A stretch of DNA of 49,119 nucleotides, taken from Halocafeteria seosinensis. Its lineage: Eukaryota. The notes below the pieces were generated by a model, which ran no database searches, had not been told where the DNA came from, and saw only the letters and a list, made by a program, of their open reading frames with translations. Position 1 is the first letter of the stretch. Every line of letters begins with the position of its first letter. Positions 23,528-36,490 of the stretch are shown here, in pieces. The position numbers were made by a program, and so were the translations under genes. The stretch covers positions 1 to 49,119 of the forward strand of contig LVLI01000240.1 of NCBI GenBank assembly GCA_001687465.1. Reading direction: 5' to 3'.

Positions 23528-26500
23528 ATGAAGTCTGGAAGACGCTCAGCAAGGAGCTCGAGGAGCTCTCATTCGAGGGCTTCGCGTAGATCCTCTGCAA
23601 CGACAAGGTCTGCAATGAGTAGGCCTTTGCCTCTCCTAGAATACAAGAAATGGGCAGTCAGTCAAGCTGTGGATCCCCCAAAAGTGAAACGATACGGATT
23701 GTGGAGTGATGTCATTTCTAGAGAGCGTTTTACCGCCTCCCGCGATGAGCGCTCTGGGACTTTAAAGACTGTAATAAAGAAGGCTACCCCAGACCCGTTC
23801 GGAAGCCCTCCACCTACCGTGAAGAGGAGACGACGCGGGTATACTCGGTCGAAGTTTCGATACTCACAGACTCCTGATTTTTCTGAAGTGCCTCTCTATG
23901 ATACATTTGAAGAGCAGAGGCAGAAAGTGCAACAGGGCGAGGCGATATACTGCATGTATAGGGATACGAACAAGATGCCCCTGAGGGCTACCCGCCAATG
24001 CTTGGACTGTGCATTGATGGATCAGAAAAAGGGTGGATACTATTGTGAGGAAGAATTCCATCGGGCGCATCCTTGGTACAGAAAGACCCACGAATGGGTC
24101 TATGTCATCCAAAGACCCGGAACACCACCACCAACTAAGCTAACGAAAGCCGAAAAAATGAAAATGGCTGCAGAGGACTTGCTGAAAGAGATTGGAGAAA
24201 CCAAGGAAGAATTCCGCAGAGGTGCAACCGAATCAGTACGTGTGTTGCTCCTGCAATTTGAATCCCAGTATAGCTTGCGACATTCTTCTTCGATCACTTT
24301 CGAAGCAGAGCAAACAGGAAACTATCCGGGCAGCAGAAAGCTGTGATATGTTACTAGAGCGCATGCTGTATGTGCAGACTTACATGTTCATAATATCAAG
24401 TGCTCACATTAAATTCCAATTAGTTTTCTTGTGGCGCAGCGGCCTAGTAAGTCTCGTTAGGAATGACACCAGAAGAAAACATACGTTTGCGGCGAGGGCT
24501 ATCCAGGTAGGTTTTTCTTCCATCGTTGACGCATGTTGCCATTAATGGATAGTTGATATTTGAGTTCCCAGAGGATGTTCCACACTCACCGTTCTTGGAA
24601 AAGACTGAAAACAATGTTTCGAATGAGGTATCAACAGGCTATTGACGAGGATACCAACCTTCCTTTTTACATTGACAGATACACCGATAAGGTTCGTCCA
24701 TAGGACAATCATCGTGACCTCGTTACTGCATTATTTCGAGCAACGTCTGCAGACCTTGATCCATAAACCGACACTCCTAGGAGTAGATGTTCCCTTGGAT
24801 TATTTCCCCTCTGTACGTAGATAGCCAGGGTACCATCTTGCCTCATTGCCACCTGTAAGCATTTGAAATCCTGCAGGTCACATATATGGAACTCAGCGAA
24901 AACGAGGCAGCTCATAAGATACAGGGGATGATTAGGACTGCTAACGCAAAGACACATCTCCGGAATGCGTGTCGGAGCATTTACAGAATCATTCGTGACA
25001 AGTCTTCGGGGAAGAAGTACTATTTCAACAAGCGTAAGCTCCATTATGTGTGCACTACTCCAGAAGAAGGAACTATAGGCAACTCTTGCGGACGTGTATT
25101 ATACAGTCACTGGTGAAACTACTGCTAAGAGACCTATACTACTTGGTCCTGAGAAGAAAACGAAACGACGGATTGTGAAAGCTAAAGAGTCCTTAGGAAT
25201 ATCTTCGCTCTCTTCGAATACCGCTTTCAACCTTGAGCGTTCCCAGATTCAGTCGATCGGAACAGATGAGGTCAGCAGCTCGGTTTCAATCCATTTGAGC
25301 TACCGTTTGTGTATGTATATTTAAGATATGCTCTCTGCAGGCAATTATAACTTTGCAAAGATTTGCTCGGAGGGTCATAGCCAGGGGCCGTGTACTGCGC
25401 CTACTTCCTGAGGTTTACGAAAAAATATTCGATCCTGATTCAGGGGAATATTTCTACCACAATAAGTATGTAGTAACGCGTAGCACTGGCTTCTCCATCG
25501 ACTTTATTATACCCCTAACTGCGCAGAAATATGGGAATCTCGACATGGGAGAAGCCTTTCATCTTTGGTAACGCGGATATCAAAGCACTGGACGAAATGA
25601 TGGAGCCTTCTGAGGCCTATGAAGTGGAGAAAAGGCAACCGATTAAACAGGCTCATCAAATGGATTACGACGAAGCAGCCACAATGATACAAACGATGTG
25701 GAGATCACTAAAGTCACGGGAGATCTTCGCTAATTTAGTCCGACAAGTGTGGAGTCATGTATGCTTTTTTACCGTTGAGTCGTGAGATTGCTGCTGTAAC
25801 TCACCATCTTTCACATGAACCGCACAGCATTTTGATCAAAGCTACGGAATGCATTACTTCGTCAACAACAATACTGGCGAGTCGACATGGGAAGCTCCCT
25901 ACATCATACAAGTGTACTTGGGAACCGATGAAGAAGACTCTGCCCAATTTGGTGACTATAAGTCGGCAAGGTTGGGTAATAGACACATTAGCCCCGTGGA
26001 GGCAGCAGCTATGATCCAAACTGCGTTTAGACGATACATAGCGGCTGTTCACGCTTTTGAATTCGCGCAAAGGGTATGTATTCTGAGACCTTACAATTCG
26101 AGCTTGCATTGTCCTCAATTCTGTACTACAGGTTTACGAAAAAGTATGGGACGAAGAAAAGCGGAAATTTTACTACTACAATCTTAAGACTCAAAAGTAC
26201 TTATGGACAAAGCCTCTGATTTTAGGCAAGGGCGACCTCTCAGAAACACCGGTTTCGCATGCAAAGTCGCTTAAGTATAAGGCCTTGAACAAAAGACCTC
26301 CCAGATTTGGCCGAGCGAAGGAGGACCTCAGCACATTGGAAGGGGTAACAAAAATTCAAGCATTTTACCGATACATTCGCGATCGTCAAGTTGCGAGACA
26401 GTATTACCTATCGATCTTTGAGAAGGTATGTTGCTTAAGTAAAACGTGCTCGGGCGAATAAGTATCGAGGAGAAAACATATTGCAGGTGTGGGACGAGGA

Positions 26501-28493
26501 ACATCAAATGCCCTTTTTCTTTAACCGACTGTCTTTAACCGCAACATGGTCGCCACCAAGGATCATCACTAACCTACCCATAAAGTTACTAGACTATCAG
26601 GAAAGCAAAGCGGCTTCATACGGGATCCGTCCTCTGGAAGAGCCAGGATCGGTGGACTTAGTCGCAAACAGACATGAAGAAGTTTCAGCCTATTCCACCA
26701 TTTCAATGGTCCCGGAAGAACCTAAGGAGGTTATTGAAGCCCAAAATACCCTTTCCGACGTGACGAAAAATGCGAAATCTGATAGAGACGCCAGCCTAAA
26801 GTACAAACTTGCTGCTGACTCGCTTGCATCGGTTGTGTCTCCTTGGGCAAGGACCAAAGCCGGAGAGGGAATACTGGACAGTCGTGCGCCTGATCGCAGT
26901 GCCAACAGCGCTATCCGGGGAAAGAAAGGGAAAAAGCACCCAGACTACGCGGCAACACGCATTCAATCATTTTGGAGAAGAATATTGGCCATTCAGGAAA
27001 CACGAACCCTGTTGTCAGACACCTACAAATGCTGTTTCGACACGATGCTGCAGCAGTACTATTACGCGAACATATACACTGGCGATACATCGTGGAATGA
27101 GCCGCGAATAGTCAGCCGCTTATTTTGTACCGTTTGCCCGAAGGAGAGCGGATCCACGGAGCTTTTGAATCATGAGGATGCATCAAAGCCGATAGGGACC
27201 TCGTTCCATGCCATTCGCCCAGTAACAATTGCTGGATTCACAGCGCTCAGCAGGAATACTGGTCATGAAGACACACACCATATCCCACAAACCTACTCTG
27301 AGAGCATCCTGGAAGGGGATTTGTCTGGAAGGGATAGACAGATTTGCAAGCATCTTGGAATAAATTTAGGCCGTGTAATCACGCTACAATCCTTGAAAAC
27401 CGAGCCATCTGCAGATTTCAAGGCTCGGATCAGCAAACAGTTTCTCAGGAGTTTAGTAGCGGAGCAGCCGGAGGCACTATCAAACATTGACATCGAGAAG
27501 TTTTGGAGAGAAAAGAGGCTAAACTGCTGGCTGGCTTTGGAGCGTTACGTGAAAAAGAGTATCATTGACGCGAAGCGAACAGCGATAGAATCCTTTTTAG
27601 CCGAGCACCAGAGTACCCTGGACTCTGTCATCAGGGGGATGCGGAGAGTTTCAAACGAGTTAAATTTTCCGCAATTGTATGAGCAGTATATTCTGGAAAT
27701 GGAGAGAAGAAGATTCGAGAGACAAACAAGCCGAGTAGATGGCACAGAGCTTTGCGAAGTAAGTAGAATACTTCGGCAATCCAGGGACGGAACACTTCCG
27801 ACAAGCAGCTTACCTGGTTACGGACAGACGCACACACAACAGTCGGTAGAGTTGCCTTCCCCGCCCCTTCCAGCTTTGAAGGAGGCTCGTAGGGAATTTC
27901 TCAGTAACCTGACAGAGTATATAACTCCTTCTGTCAGGCCCATTACGGCGGACTCCGCAGCAGTGAAGACACGCGAGACCTCCTTCCGAAAAAAACGGAA
28001 TAGTGTGGTGACTGTTCACCGAGGAAAGTTGTTCGGCACGGTGGCGTCATCTTCCAGGGCAATGAGAAGAGATCCAAGTAAGAGTACTCCGCGTCCGGGG
28101 CGAAAGCGGCCACCCTCAGTAGACAACACAGCGGTGGAGGCGACTAAGCTAGCCGCTTTGTGGCGTGGGTATCGAACACGGAAGACAACTAAAAGAATAG
28201 CGCAGCAAAAATACGTGAAAGTTTTCGATCCAACTTTGTCAAAAGTTTTCTACTACAACGAAGAGACAGGACACAGCTCGTGGTACAAGCCTATCATTCT
28301 TCATGACACTGATGTGCGGATGACTCCTCGAAGCCAGATCCCAGAGTCCACGCTGACTCCAACTGGTAGAGCCGCTTCGACTCGCACCGAGTATGAGAAA
28401 GGTGCCAACGCCGCGGTGGCTGCAATAAAAATACAGAGATTGGGAAGGCAGTTCTTAAGAAAGCAGCATGACCGGTACGAAAAGGGAGAGTAA
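23528..28493 (+). CDS. Protein with alternating IQ motifs and WW-like domains plus an N-terminal B-box-like Cys/His cluster, multi-exon
   Basis: IQ: AATMIQTMWRS, AAAMIQTAFRR, AATRIQSFWRR, AAIKIQRLGRQ. WW-like: YEKIFDPDSGEYFYHN..STWEKP, HYFVNNNTGESTWEAP, YYYANIYTGDTSWNEP, FYYNEETGHSSWYKP. Cys/His cluster CLDC..YC...HRAH..THEW. Confidence 0.85.
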
Positions 28494-28531
28494 ACAATAA
28501 CAAGTGCTGTCCTATTTAGTGTTAGGATTGT

Positions 28532-30655
28532 TCATTCTGTTTTCAATTTGCTTCTTGATCGCCACATCAGCAGCTTCCAAAGCATAATACTGGCAGCTGA
28601 AACCACGAAGTTAATAGACACTCCTACGGTTGCTAGCTTGAGTCCGAACAGCACTTCCCTTTGGCGGAACCAAACCTCGGCAGAAAGACTCAAACTTAAT
28701 CTGTGAAGAGTGTTGATTAATGCAACAATCTCATTGTGTTCCAATTCTACGGAAGATAAATCTTCTGAAAACATGAGTCTTAAGGCTGTACCAAGGCCTA
28801 AGAACTGTAGCTTTCCCCAGAGTCTGCATTTTTCGCATCCTGTATAGCATTGTAAGCAGAGTAACGCGGGGGGTGAGACAGATGATCGGCAGAATGAAGC
28901 AACGAACGTACCTACGCAATCCATGATCAATGAGATGTTGCGGAACTTTGTTTGGAATTGCTTTTTCAGGTTCTGTTTGAATGCCAGTTCTTCTTTCAGT
29001 TTGCGTTGAACTTTTTCAATATCCTCTTGGCTCCCTAGAAGCTCGGGTGTCGCGGCCATAAAATCCGCAGACTTAATTTTAAACATGCTCTGCTCATCGA
29101 ACCCCTTCGCAATCAATGGCTCATCGATTTCTAACAATGAGTTCATTTGATCTCTAGTTTTTCTGTCGTCATCTTCGTTCCCGGAGGTTAGGTTCTGTCG
29201 CAAGAGAGGATCCGCGCGGACTAATGCTCGCACAAGGAAAAGATAGGCGAAGTACAGGTTTCGTATCCTCTGCGGGTGGTTCCCGACTCGTGCTGCAAGC
29301 GATAAAATATTTCTTTCACGAGATCATATTTAACATCGTTTTTGTACTTGTCTCTTACCTTTCCACATTTCTAAACTTGGTTTGCCGTCGTTTACTGTCA
29401 GTGCAATGTGAGAGTTTATACTGGTTTGCAGACCACTAAGCAGCCGGAAAAAAACTCTTTCCTCAAAACATAAGTCCTTAGTGTGCCCCGCAAAACAATT
29501 TTCATCGTAGATTGATTGCCAAAGTCTCCTAGCATTAGGTCCGTCGTATCTGCACAGCGGAAAGGACATAATCTTGCATGCCGTGTTGATTGTGGAATTG
29601 CGGACGGTTACGTACCCGGTGTACCCTTCAGGATTGACATGAAGGTCAACATATCTCATGTCGGGTGATCCGTCATCTTGTACAATCCACAGATCCAACG
29701 CATTCTGCAATTTGCATAGCAAGTCCCAGTCGCGCAAGTAAGAAGCTGGAGCGCACCATGAAACTGCAACCTACCTGATTCTTCGCCACTTCCCAATGAG
29801 CAAAATCTCTACCTACTTGCTTCTGACTGGACTTTATTTTGGCTAAATGTTCCTCGTACGGACTCAGGTAGTCGTCAGGGCAGGATGCTAAAGATGATTT
29901 CTGATCTGCAACTCGTTGATACCGTATTGGAATTTATCCAGGATAGATAACACGGCAAAAAATTCTCAACCCTCACTTTGCTCAATCTCCCCGCGCCAAG
30001 CTCGAGGAATATCATCAGGAGCACATACACACACCGAGCAGTCAATCTGTAACACCTCAGTTCTCTGGGATCAATTTGCAACAGCCAACTTCCCAGCGCA
30101 AGAACTTACTTTGGCACACTGACCATCATCCGGCCAGAAGGGGCACGATTTCCACAGATCCACCTTAAAGAAGCGAAAATACACTCTGCAGACGAGACAG
30201 CCCAACGCATGCATACACGATATGCCAAGCATGCATACATTTCCCCGTACCTCTGCGTTAATTCATTCAATGTGGGCAGGAAGTGCTCCTTGTTCATCTT
30301 CTGCACCGTGTCTGCATCGCAGCAGCAGTCTCCGATTTTGCCGTCTCGCATGAGGGACTTATCCTGAGACGCACATGCACATAGACATGGACATGAATGA
30401 AGGAATGTGCTTGTAATGATGCGTTGACAGACGTACATCCGGGACCAATACGGACGCCAGGCGCTCCAGTCCTTTATCTAGGCATTCATGAGCGTATCCG
30501 GCACGATTCACTGAATCTCTGTTAAGCTTTGTATCGTAGTGATGGGACCGAATACGCAACGTATCGGCTATGTAATGGGTAAACCCTGAAGAAGCGCCTA
30601 CTTGCACTTGAACGCACGACACCACAAGAAGCAAGATGACGCCACGGGAGACCAT
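28532..30655 (-). CDS. ERO1: Endoplasmic reticulum oxidoreductin 1, multi-exon
   Basis: Signal peptide MVSRGVILLLVVSC, then DCCCD, FFKVDLWKSCPFW, YVDLHVNPEGYTGY, WQSIYDENCF, CFEERVFFRLLSGLQTSINSHIA and FRNISLIMDCV|GCEKCRLWGKLQ (CxxCxxC). Confidence 0.97.
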
Positions 30656-31321
30656 TCTCCTTAATTTCTAACAAATACGCAATGAAAAAAAACTGCAATA
30701 TGTCAACAAACCCTATCGTAGTGAATGATTGTGGTTATGTGCTCTGAGTCGTAATACGGCATCTGGAACTTCACTTCCACACTTGCGACGTTGGCCACGT
30801 GGCGGCCAACGCTATTCATGGCCCATAGAATTTCATCATTATCGGCGTACACTCATTCGTATACTTGCAGGACAGTGTCGTACTTTAGGTATCTGGGGGA
30901 TGCAGAGATGCTGGAGCAAAACAAAAGTCATCGCGGTGGTAATTGTACAAGTGTTCTCTTGGAATTCAAATGGCAACGTACAAGTATATTGTACAAGTAC
31001 GCCATTTTCTACTAAGGCTTCGAGACGCGACAAATGCTGTCTGTGTAGACGTGAAACTGTGGCTGTTATCCTAGCATCTCGGTATGATAGTTGGCACGAT
31101 TACAGACTCAGACATGGGCCCGAGGATCATTTCGGGTGGTCATTCAACAAAGAAGAAGCAACCGGCGGATATTTCCGACTACTAGAGCAACTGTGTAGGT
31201 GCATTCGTACGCACTGTGGTAGTGGACCCACTGTTGGCCTTAAATTAAATGTACATTGCTTCATGTACCATAGTCTGCAATTGCTCTTGGCTCCTTGGAG
31301 GGAGTGTTGCACTTGAGTTAA

Positions 31322-31749
31322 TTAGAGTCTGGAGAATATCTTTCCACGGAAGCCCACATTATCAGGTGGCATATCGACGAACTCCATGTAGTAGTTTCCA
31401 GAGTCGACACCAAAATGCTTGTTTAAAATGTCGGCCAATCCTTCTGAGAGCTTGGAGTTGTTCTGCAGGATAAGGCAAACCCACACGAGTTCATTTAGTG
31501 CATGCTTGTCGTCATTGTCGTCTCTAATAAACTCACATCAGGATTCACTGCCCCAATGGACTTGAAAACTGCATGGGCACATTTTGTAGACATGTTCCCA
31601 GACCAGGCCATCTGGCATCCAGTATCCAGGCGAACGGTGACGAAATCTGCAGGTTTACCCGTCACATTCGAGACAAGGTCCGTGCATTCCTTGATGACGG
31701 TTTCCACATTATCCGTCTTCGAGTTGGTCGCCACTTGTAACAGGGGCAT
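31322..31749 (-). CDS. MIF: Macrophage migration inhibitory factor / tautomerase family protein, 2 exons
   Basis: MPLLQVATN (Pro1), TGKP, KSIG. Exon 2 translated manually: NNSKLSEGLADILNKHFGVDSGNYYMEFVDMPPDNVGFRGKIFSRL*. Confidence 0.92.
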
Positions 31750-32270
31750 CTTTACGAAGGTAGTCGGTCTTGATACAACTCACAGTGAGTAAGCTAAGCT
31801 TCAAGCACCACAATGTGTTCGTGTATTTTCCTCTCAGTTTCTAAGCTGCGCGGCTCAAACGGGGTCCTTAAAGACTTCCTTTTCCTTGCACCAATTCAAT
31901 TCAGTCGTTTTGCAACTATTTACGGGTATCTACTCCGGGAACACTTGTAGAACACCGAGGACGGTCCGGGATTGTGTTGTGAAGCTCACGAAGTTGGACG
32001 TTCGAGTGAACTTCGTGGAAGGAACAGCAGGAACTCTGGCGGGGTTACGGAGCTTCAACGTGACAAACTCCTAGAACCCATCAGAAAGTGTTCTGCTACT
32101 CGTATAGGCGTTGTATGACTAAGTGTGTGGTGTTTGTATTGTGTAATTACGCCATAAAGTACCCGAAAAAGCGTGGCGCGACCTCCAGACCTCGGACACT
32201 GCTGATCCTGGGATTGCTGTCTTCTCCATAAGCCGAAAGAGCATACGATACGAACCTTTTGGAACTCGGT

Positions 32271-34175
32271 ATGCGATTGACACTATGTGCCATCCATATT
32301 GCACTCGCGTGTGTGTTTTTGATGGCCCAAAACGCGAATGCTGAAGCAGCTTCACTTTATCCCGCCCGACTCCGTAGAGGACATTCCCGAACTCAGCCAT
32401 CCGCCGCCGAAAGCCAGGAGACGGTCGGTATTAACGATGAGGTAGGCCTTCATTAGATGGCGTGGCAGATTTAGTGCAGTCGAATCATACCGACATTGGC
32501 ACTTTTTTCGCAGGTGACCGCGTTTCGAACAGCGCTGACGCAAGGTGGCTTCGACTGGATCACTGACACGGCGGTGAAAGCCATTGACAAGTATTTCACG
32601 ACGATTTCTATTCCAGAGCTGACATTTGAAAAACTGAAAATCAAAGGAAAAGTATACAACATAAAATGTAGCAAAATTTCCGTTAGAAACATTGACATGA
32701 AGGTGCAAGACAAACTGCACGGAACGGTCTCCGGCTTCCAGGTAAGCTGATACTGAAAGTTGGAGCTTCTAGGGTCTACATTCGTATCTCAACTATGATG
32801 ATAGCAGTTTCACTGCGATGCCAGATGGGAGTTGAAGCTCGCGATTTGGCCTCACCCCCACAAGCATGGATCTGCTGAGGCCTCTACTTCTGGTGCGGGC
32901 GCCAACCTTGTAGTTGGAGTAACTCATGACAACAACGGCCATGCAAAAGCTAATCCGGATACCATAGATGTTAGCTTAGGTGACCTACATGTACATATAC
33001 ACGGCGGTGTTATCGGAGGCATCTTGGATTTCTTCAAGAATATATTCAAGCACTGGATCGAGAAACACATCCGCGAGGCCGTAAATAAGGGTCTTAAAAC
33101 TGCCATTGGCGACAGAGTTAATCACGCACTGCAAAGAATCCCAGTGGTGGTTAACCCTATAAGTTCTCCTCCGTACAACGTTTCAACTGTCAAGATGGGG
33201 ATAACGTCAGTACCGCACGTTACGTCGAAATATATCGGGGCTGGACTGCAAGGGTACTTCGTGGATTCTGAGAATCCAACGAAACTGCCGCCGTTCAAAC
33301 ATCCTTCCTTGTAAGTACATAATGTTCATATTGATAACTCGCATGACCGTTTCACTCTACTGCTGCTCAGACCAAACTACGAGGAATCCACGGCAGAACA
33401 GGCATACCTTCAGTTGTTGATTTCCGGATACACCGTGGAGAGCTTCTTCTGGGTGTTCCAGTCCGAAGGCCTACTTCAGAAGACTATCGGGCCCAGTAAC
33501 GTCCCTCCCAGTTTCCCCTTGAAACTGAATACCCAAGATCCTGTGTGGGATGCAGTTGCTCCAAAGATGCCTTCAGTATATCCCAAAGATGATGTCCATA
33601 TTGTCTTCGAGATCCAGCCGGGAACAAAAGTCCAATCGTCAAAGAATGACAACTCTTTCTCCGTCAACATGCCTATCGCCATGGATATACAAGCAATAAC
33701 TCGCACTGGTGCAAAAAGTGCTTTTATCCTCGGGTGTCCAATGAAGTCTGCTTTGAAGGTCTCAGTGGAAGAGAGGAAAAATACTACAACGAAGCAAACA
33801 TCTCAAGTCATCGCAGGCAATATGGAATATTTGTCGTGTGATTTGAAGCTCGAGAACTCCACCGTCGGTAAGGTCCACTACTCTGCTTTGAAGAAAGGGA
33901 TTGACTTTGCTATCGAATATCTTGTTATGCCTCTCTTGAACAATGTCTTACGGGTAGGATTCCCCATTCCAAGTGGAGACTTTGTAACTCTCAAGAAAAC
34001 GTCCGTAAAATTTGGTGATGACTATGCGGCACTTGGGTCGCAGATATCAGTAAACCTAACAAAGATACTCGGCGACGCACCACCGATGTACATAGACTAT
34101 CTAACCACAGAAGAACTGGCTCGTATAGATGCCGAGTTCCGAGAAGAGAACGACCTCCCCAACACTACGTGGTAA
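32271..34175 (+). CDS. BPI/LBP/CETP-family lipid-binding protein, secreted, multi-exon
   Basis: Signal peptide, then ALTQGGFDWI..TISIPEL, VHIHGGVIGGILDFFKNIFK..I, VNHALQRIP, ISGYTVESFFWVF..G.L and MPLLNNVLRVGFPIP. These match the two-domain BPI pattern. Confidence 0.85.
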
Positions 34176-34216
34176 TCATTGTGTCAAAGAGAATATTTTA
34201 CACCAGCGACTGTCCT

Positions 34217-34329
34217 TATAGCCACATAATTCTATCTTACGCATTGGCCCGTTTCAGCAGTTCAGACAGTTATGAATATAGCCACATACTTCTATCTTAC
34301 GCGCTTGCCCGTTTCAACACCTCAGACAG
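34217..34329. repeat. 60-bp period tandem duplication just 3' of the BPI gene
   Basis: TATAGCCACATA.TTCTATCTTACGC..T.GCCCGTTTCA.CA..TCAGACAG at 34217 and 34277. Confidence 0.92.
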
Positions 34330-35075
34330 ACGAGACCAATTGCAATTAGTTTTCTATTACTGCTATCTGTCGATCTTAACTCTTTCAGTTTCTGAAAAAG
34401 GCGCGCATCTGCCTTAGACAGTCGACATAGACTTCCGGTAGGAGCAATACTAATACATAGTATTACGTATATAGGTACACTGAATGGCAGTCTTGTTGTT
34501 TCTCAACTATAATTTAAACGGGTCTTTATAAGATAACGGTACAGTGTGTAGTCCTTCCGAAAACTTATTTCAAGAATTGACGGTTCAACAGAGTCGGCGC
34601 AAGCAAAGCATACTGGAGTACATACGTATACCGTATGTATGTATATGCTATTCATTCATTGCCTTTTCCCGTGCATGTACAGTACAAGTACCGTGATTCA
34701 TGAAAAGAAATATGTTCACGTCTTATCGTTGTTGGACATTCCGCAGCTTGACGGTGCCAAACGTACAACAGTACAGTAAACAAAATCAGAACAAGGGAAT
34801 GGGAATAAAGTTTCTTTCTCAGGCCCAAAATGCAACCAGCACCAATGGCACTGTATTGTATGTGTTGTTCCGTTGTTGCAACTTGCAACTTCCTCCCTTG
34901 AACTTTTGTTGAAGTACACTCCAATAACAAGTTGAAGAAGGATGGCTTGTTCCATTATTCCATGATCTTGTTCCACATGAGACATTGGCAGTGATAAGGA
35001 TCGATTTGGTGCATTCTACGGACTGCAATTGTCGTGTCAGTGTTATTGGAGACTGCCTGGTTGGCGTGCATGTGA

Positions 35076-36484
35076 ATGAAAATGTCCCAGGAAGTGCTAC
35101 AATCTATCCTCAAGACCTCGTTGAGGGCTTCAGGCCATGACAACCCCGAAGAGATGGCACAAGCTGCCGTATCCGGCGACCAGCAAGCTGCTAACACTGC
35201 CGCATCCTCCGCGGAGCCAATGAGCCAGGAGAGGCAAGCATTTTTGAGAGGAGCTCTAGAGTCACTAGGGGACGAGGAAGCCAAAACCTTGGGTATGTCA
35301 ACTCGATATCAAACATGTTTGTCATATGTTTGAAGTGTGTATTACGTGTTGCAATGCTTGTGCATGCAGAGAAAGCGCATGCGACACTGGAGTCTTTGGT
35401 CAAGTACCTGTATGAGAACCGAAGCAGTGTGGGAATGGGAGCAATCCTGCCGCAACAAGACAAGCAAGAACCATCTGAAGATGCCCCGGCTGTACCCGCG
35501 GCAGCAGGAGGAGGGGACACTACACACCACCGAGGAGCGGTACCGACTGTCGGACAAGCTTTGGAGGCCTGCGATGAAGTGTGTGAATTTGTGGAAACCA
35601 TCGATTCGTCCCTGGGTATGTTTGTCCTCACATGTCGCCAGAAGTGTGGCGTTGCTTTGCTCACTTCTTTTTGTTGTGCCTATCACGCAGGTTGGTTACA
35701 CTCTGGAGGAATGGCCCTCTTGCAGCTTCTATTAGGGGTTAAGGGTGTCGATACCAGCGCTGAGTGCCCCATTCCAGAAGGAATGGCCAGAGCGACTCAG
35801 AGCTCGAGTAAGCTAGACGGGAGAGTCCTGAGCGGTATCTGTCGAATCCTGCAATGTGCGTCCCAGAATAATGAACAAGCACAACAAGAACTTGTGCAGG
35901 CGGGTGTCCTAAGACAGACCATTCGTTTATTGGACGAAGCAATAACCGCTGCGGAAAACAATGGTGTAAATCACGCATCTTTCACGGAACTAGTGCGGTC
36001 TCTAGTTGGAGGGTTAGGCTCCATCATCCGCTCTTTGTCCGCAGCACAAGAAGAATTCTTAGCCAACAACGGTACAAGGCTTTTGGTATCGCTGCTAGGC
36101 TTTCCTGCAAACTCCAAGGTAGAAATCCAGTGTCTGAAGAAAGTAACTCTCGTGCTCTTGGGCTTATGTAAGGCAGAATCTTCCACGTTGCGGGATAGAT
36201 TTGTAAAGCAGCTAAGCGACAGTGGGAGCGACAAGCTAGCTGATGCTCTTGCGGCGGCTCTTGAAACTGAAGATGTACAAGTGAGGGAAAACGTTTCCCA
36301 AATCTTAAGGTCCTTACAGCAGAACGCAAAGGCTCTTGAATTATTTCCCAGCATATGTGGGAAAACTCCGCCCAATTACGCGCTTGAGACTGCGGTAAAG
36401 AAGGCTATGGAAGCCGCACTGCATGACAATGTGGGTCTCGAAGAGTTAAAAGCAAGTCTAGCCATCTTGAGGTCCAAGCGGTAG
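35076..36484 (+). CDS. Hsp70 nucleotide exchange factor, HSPBP1/Fes1-like (ARM repeats), multi-exon
   Basis: LQSILKTSL..PMSQERQAFLRGAL (Fes1 N-domain pattern), VETID, ASQNNEQAQ, and LGSIIR..AQEEFLANNG..LL. Confidence 0.8.
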
Positions 36485-36490
36485 GGTAGT

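Noticed and set aside
34217..34329. Possible CRISPR-like repeat
   Set aside because: Only two units, no unique spacers, eukaryotic context and no cas genes.
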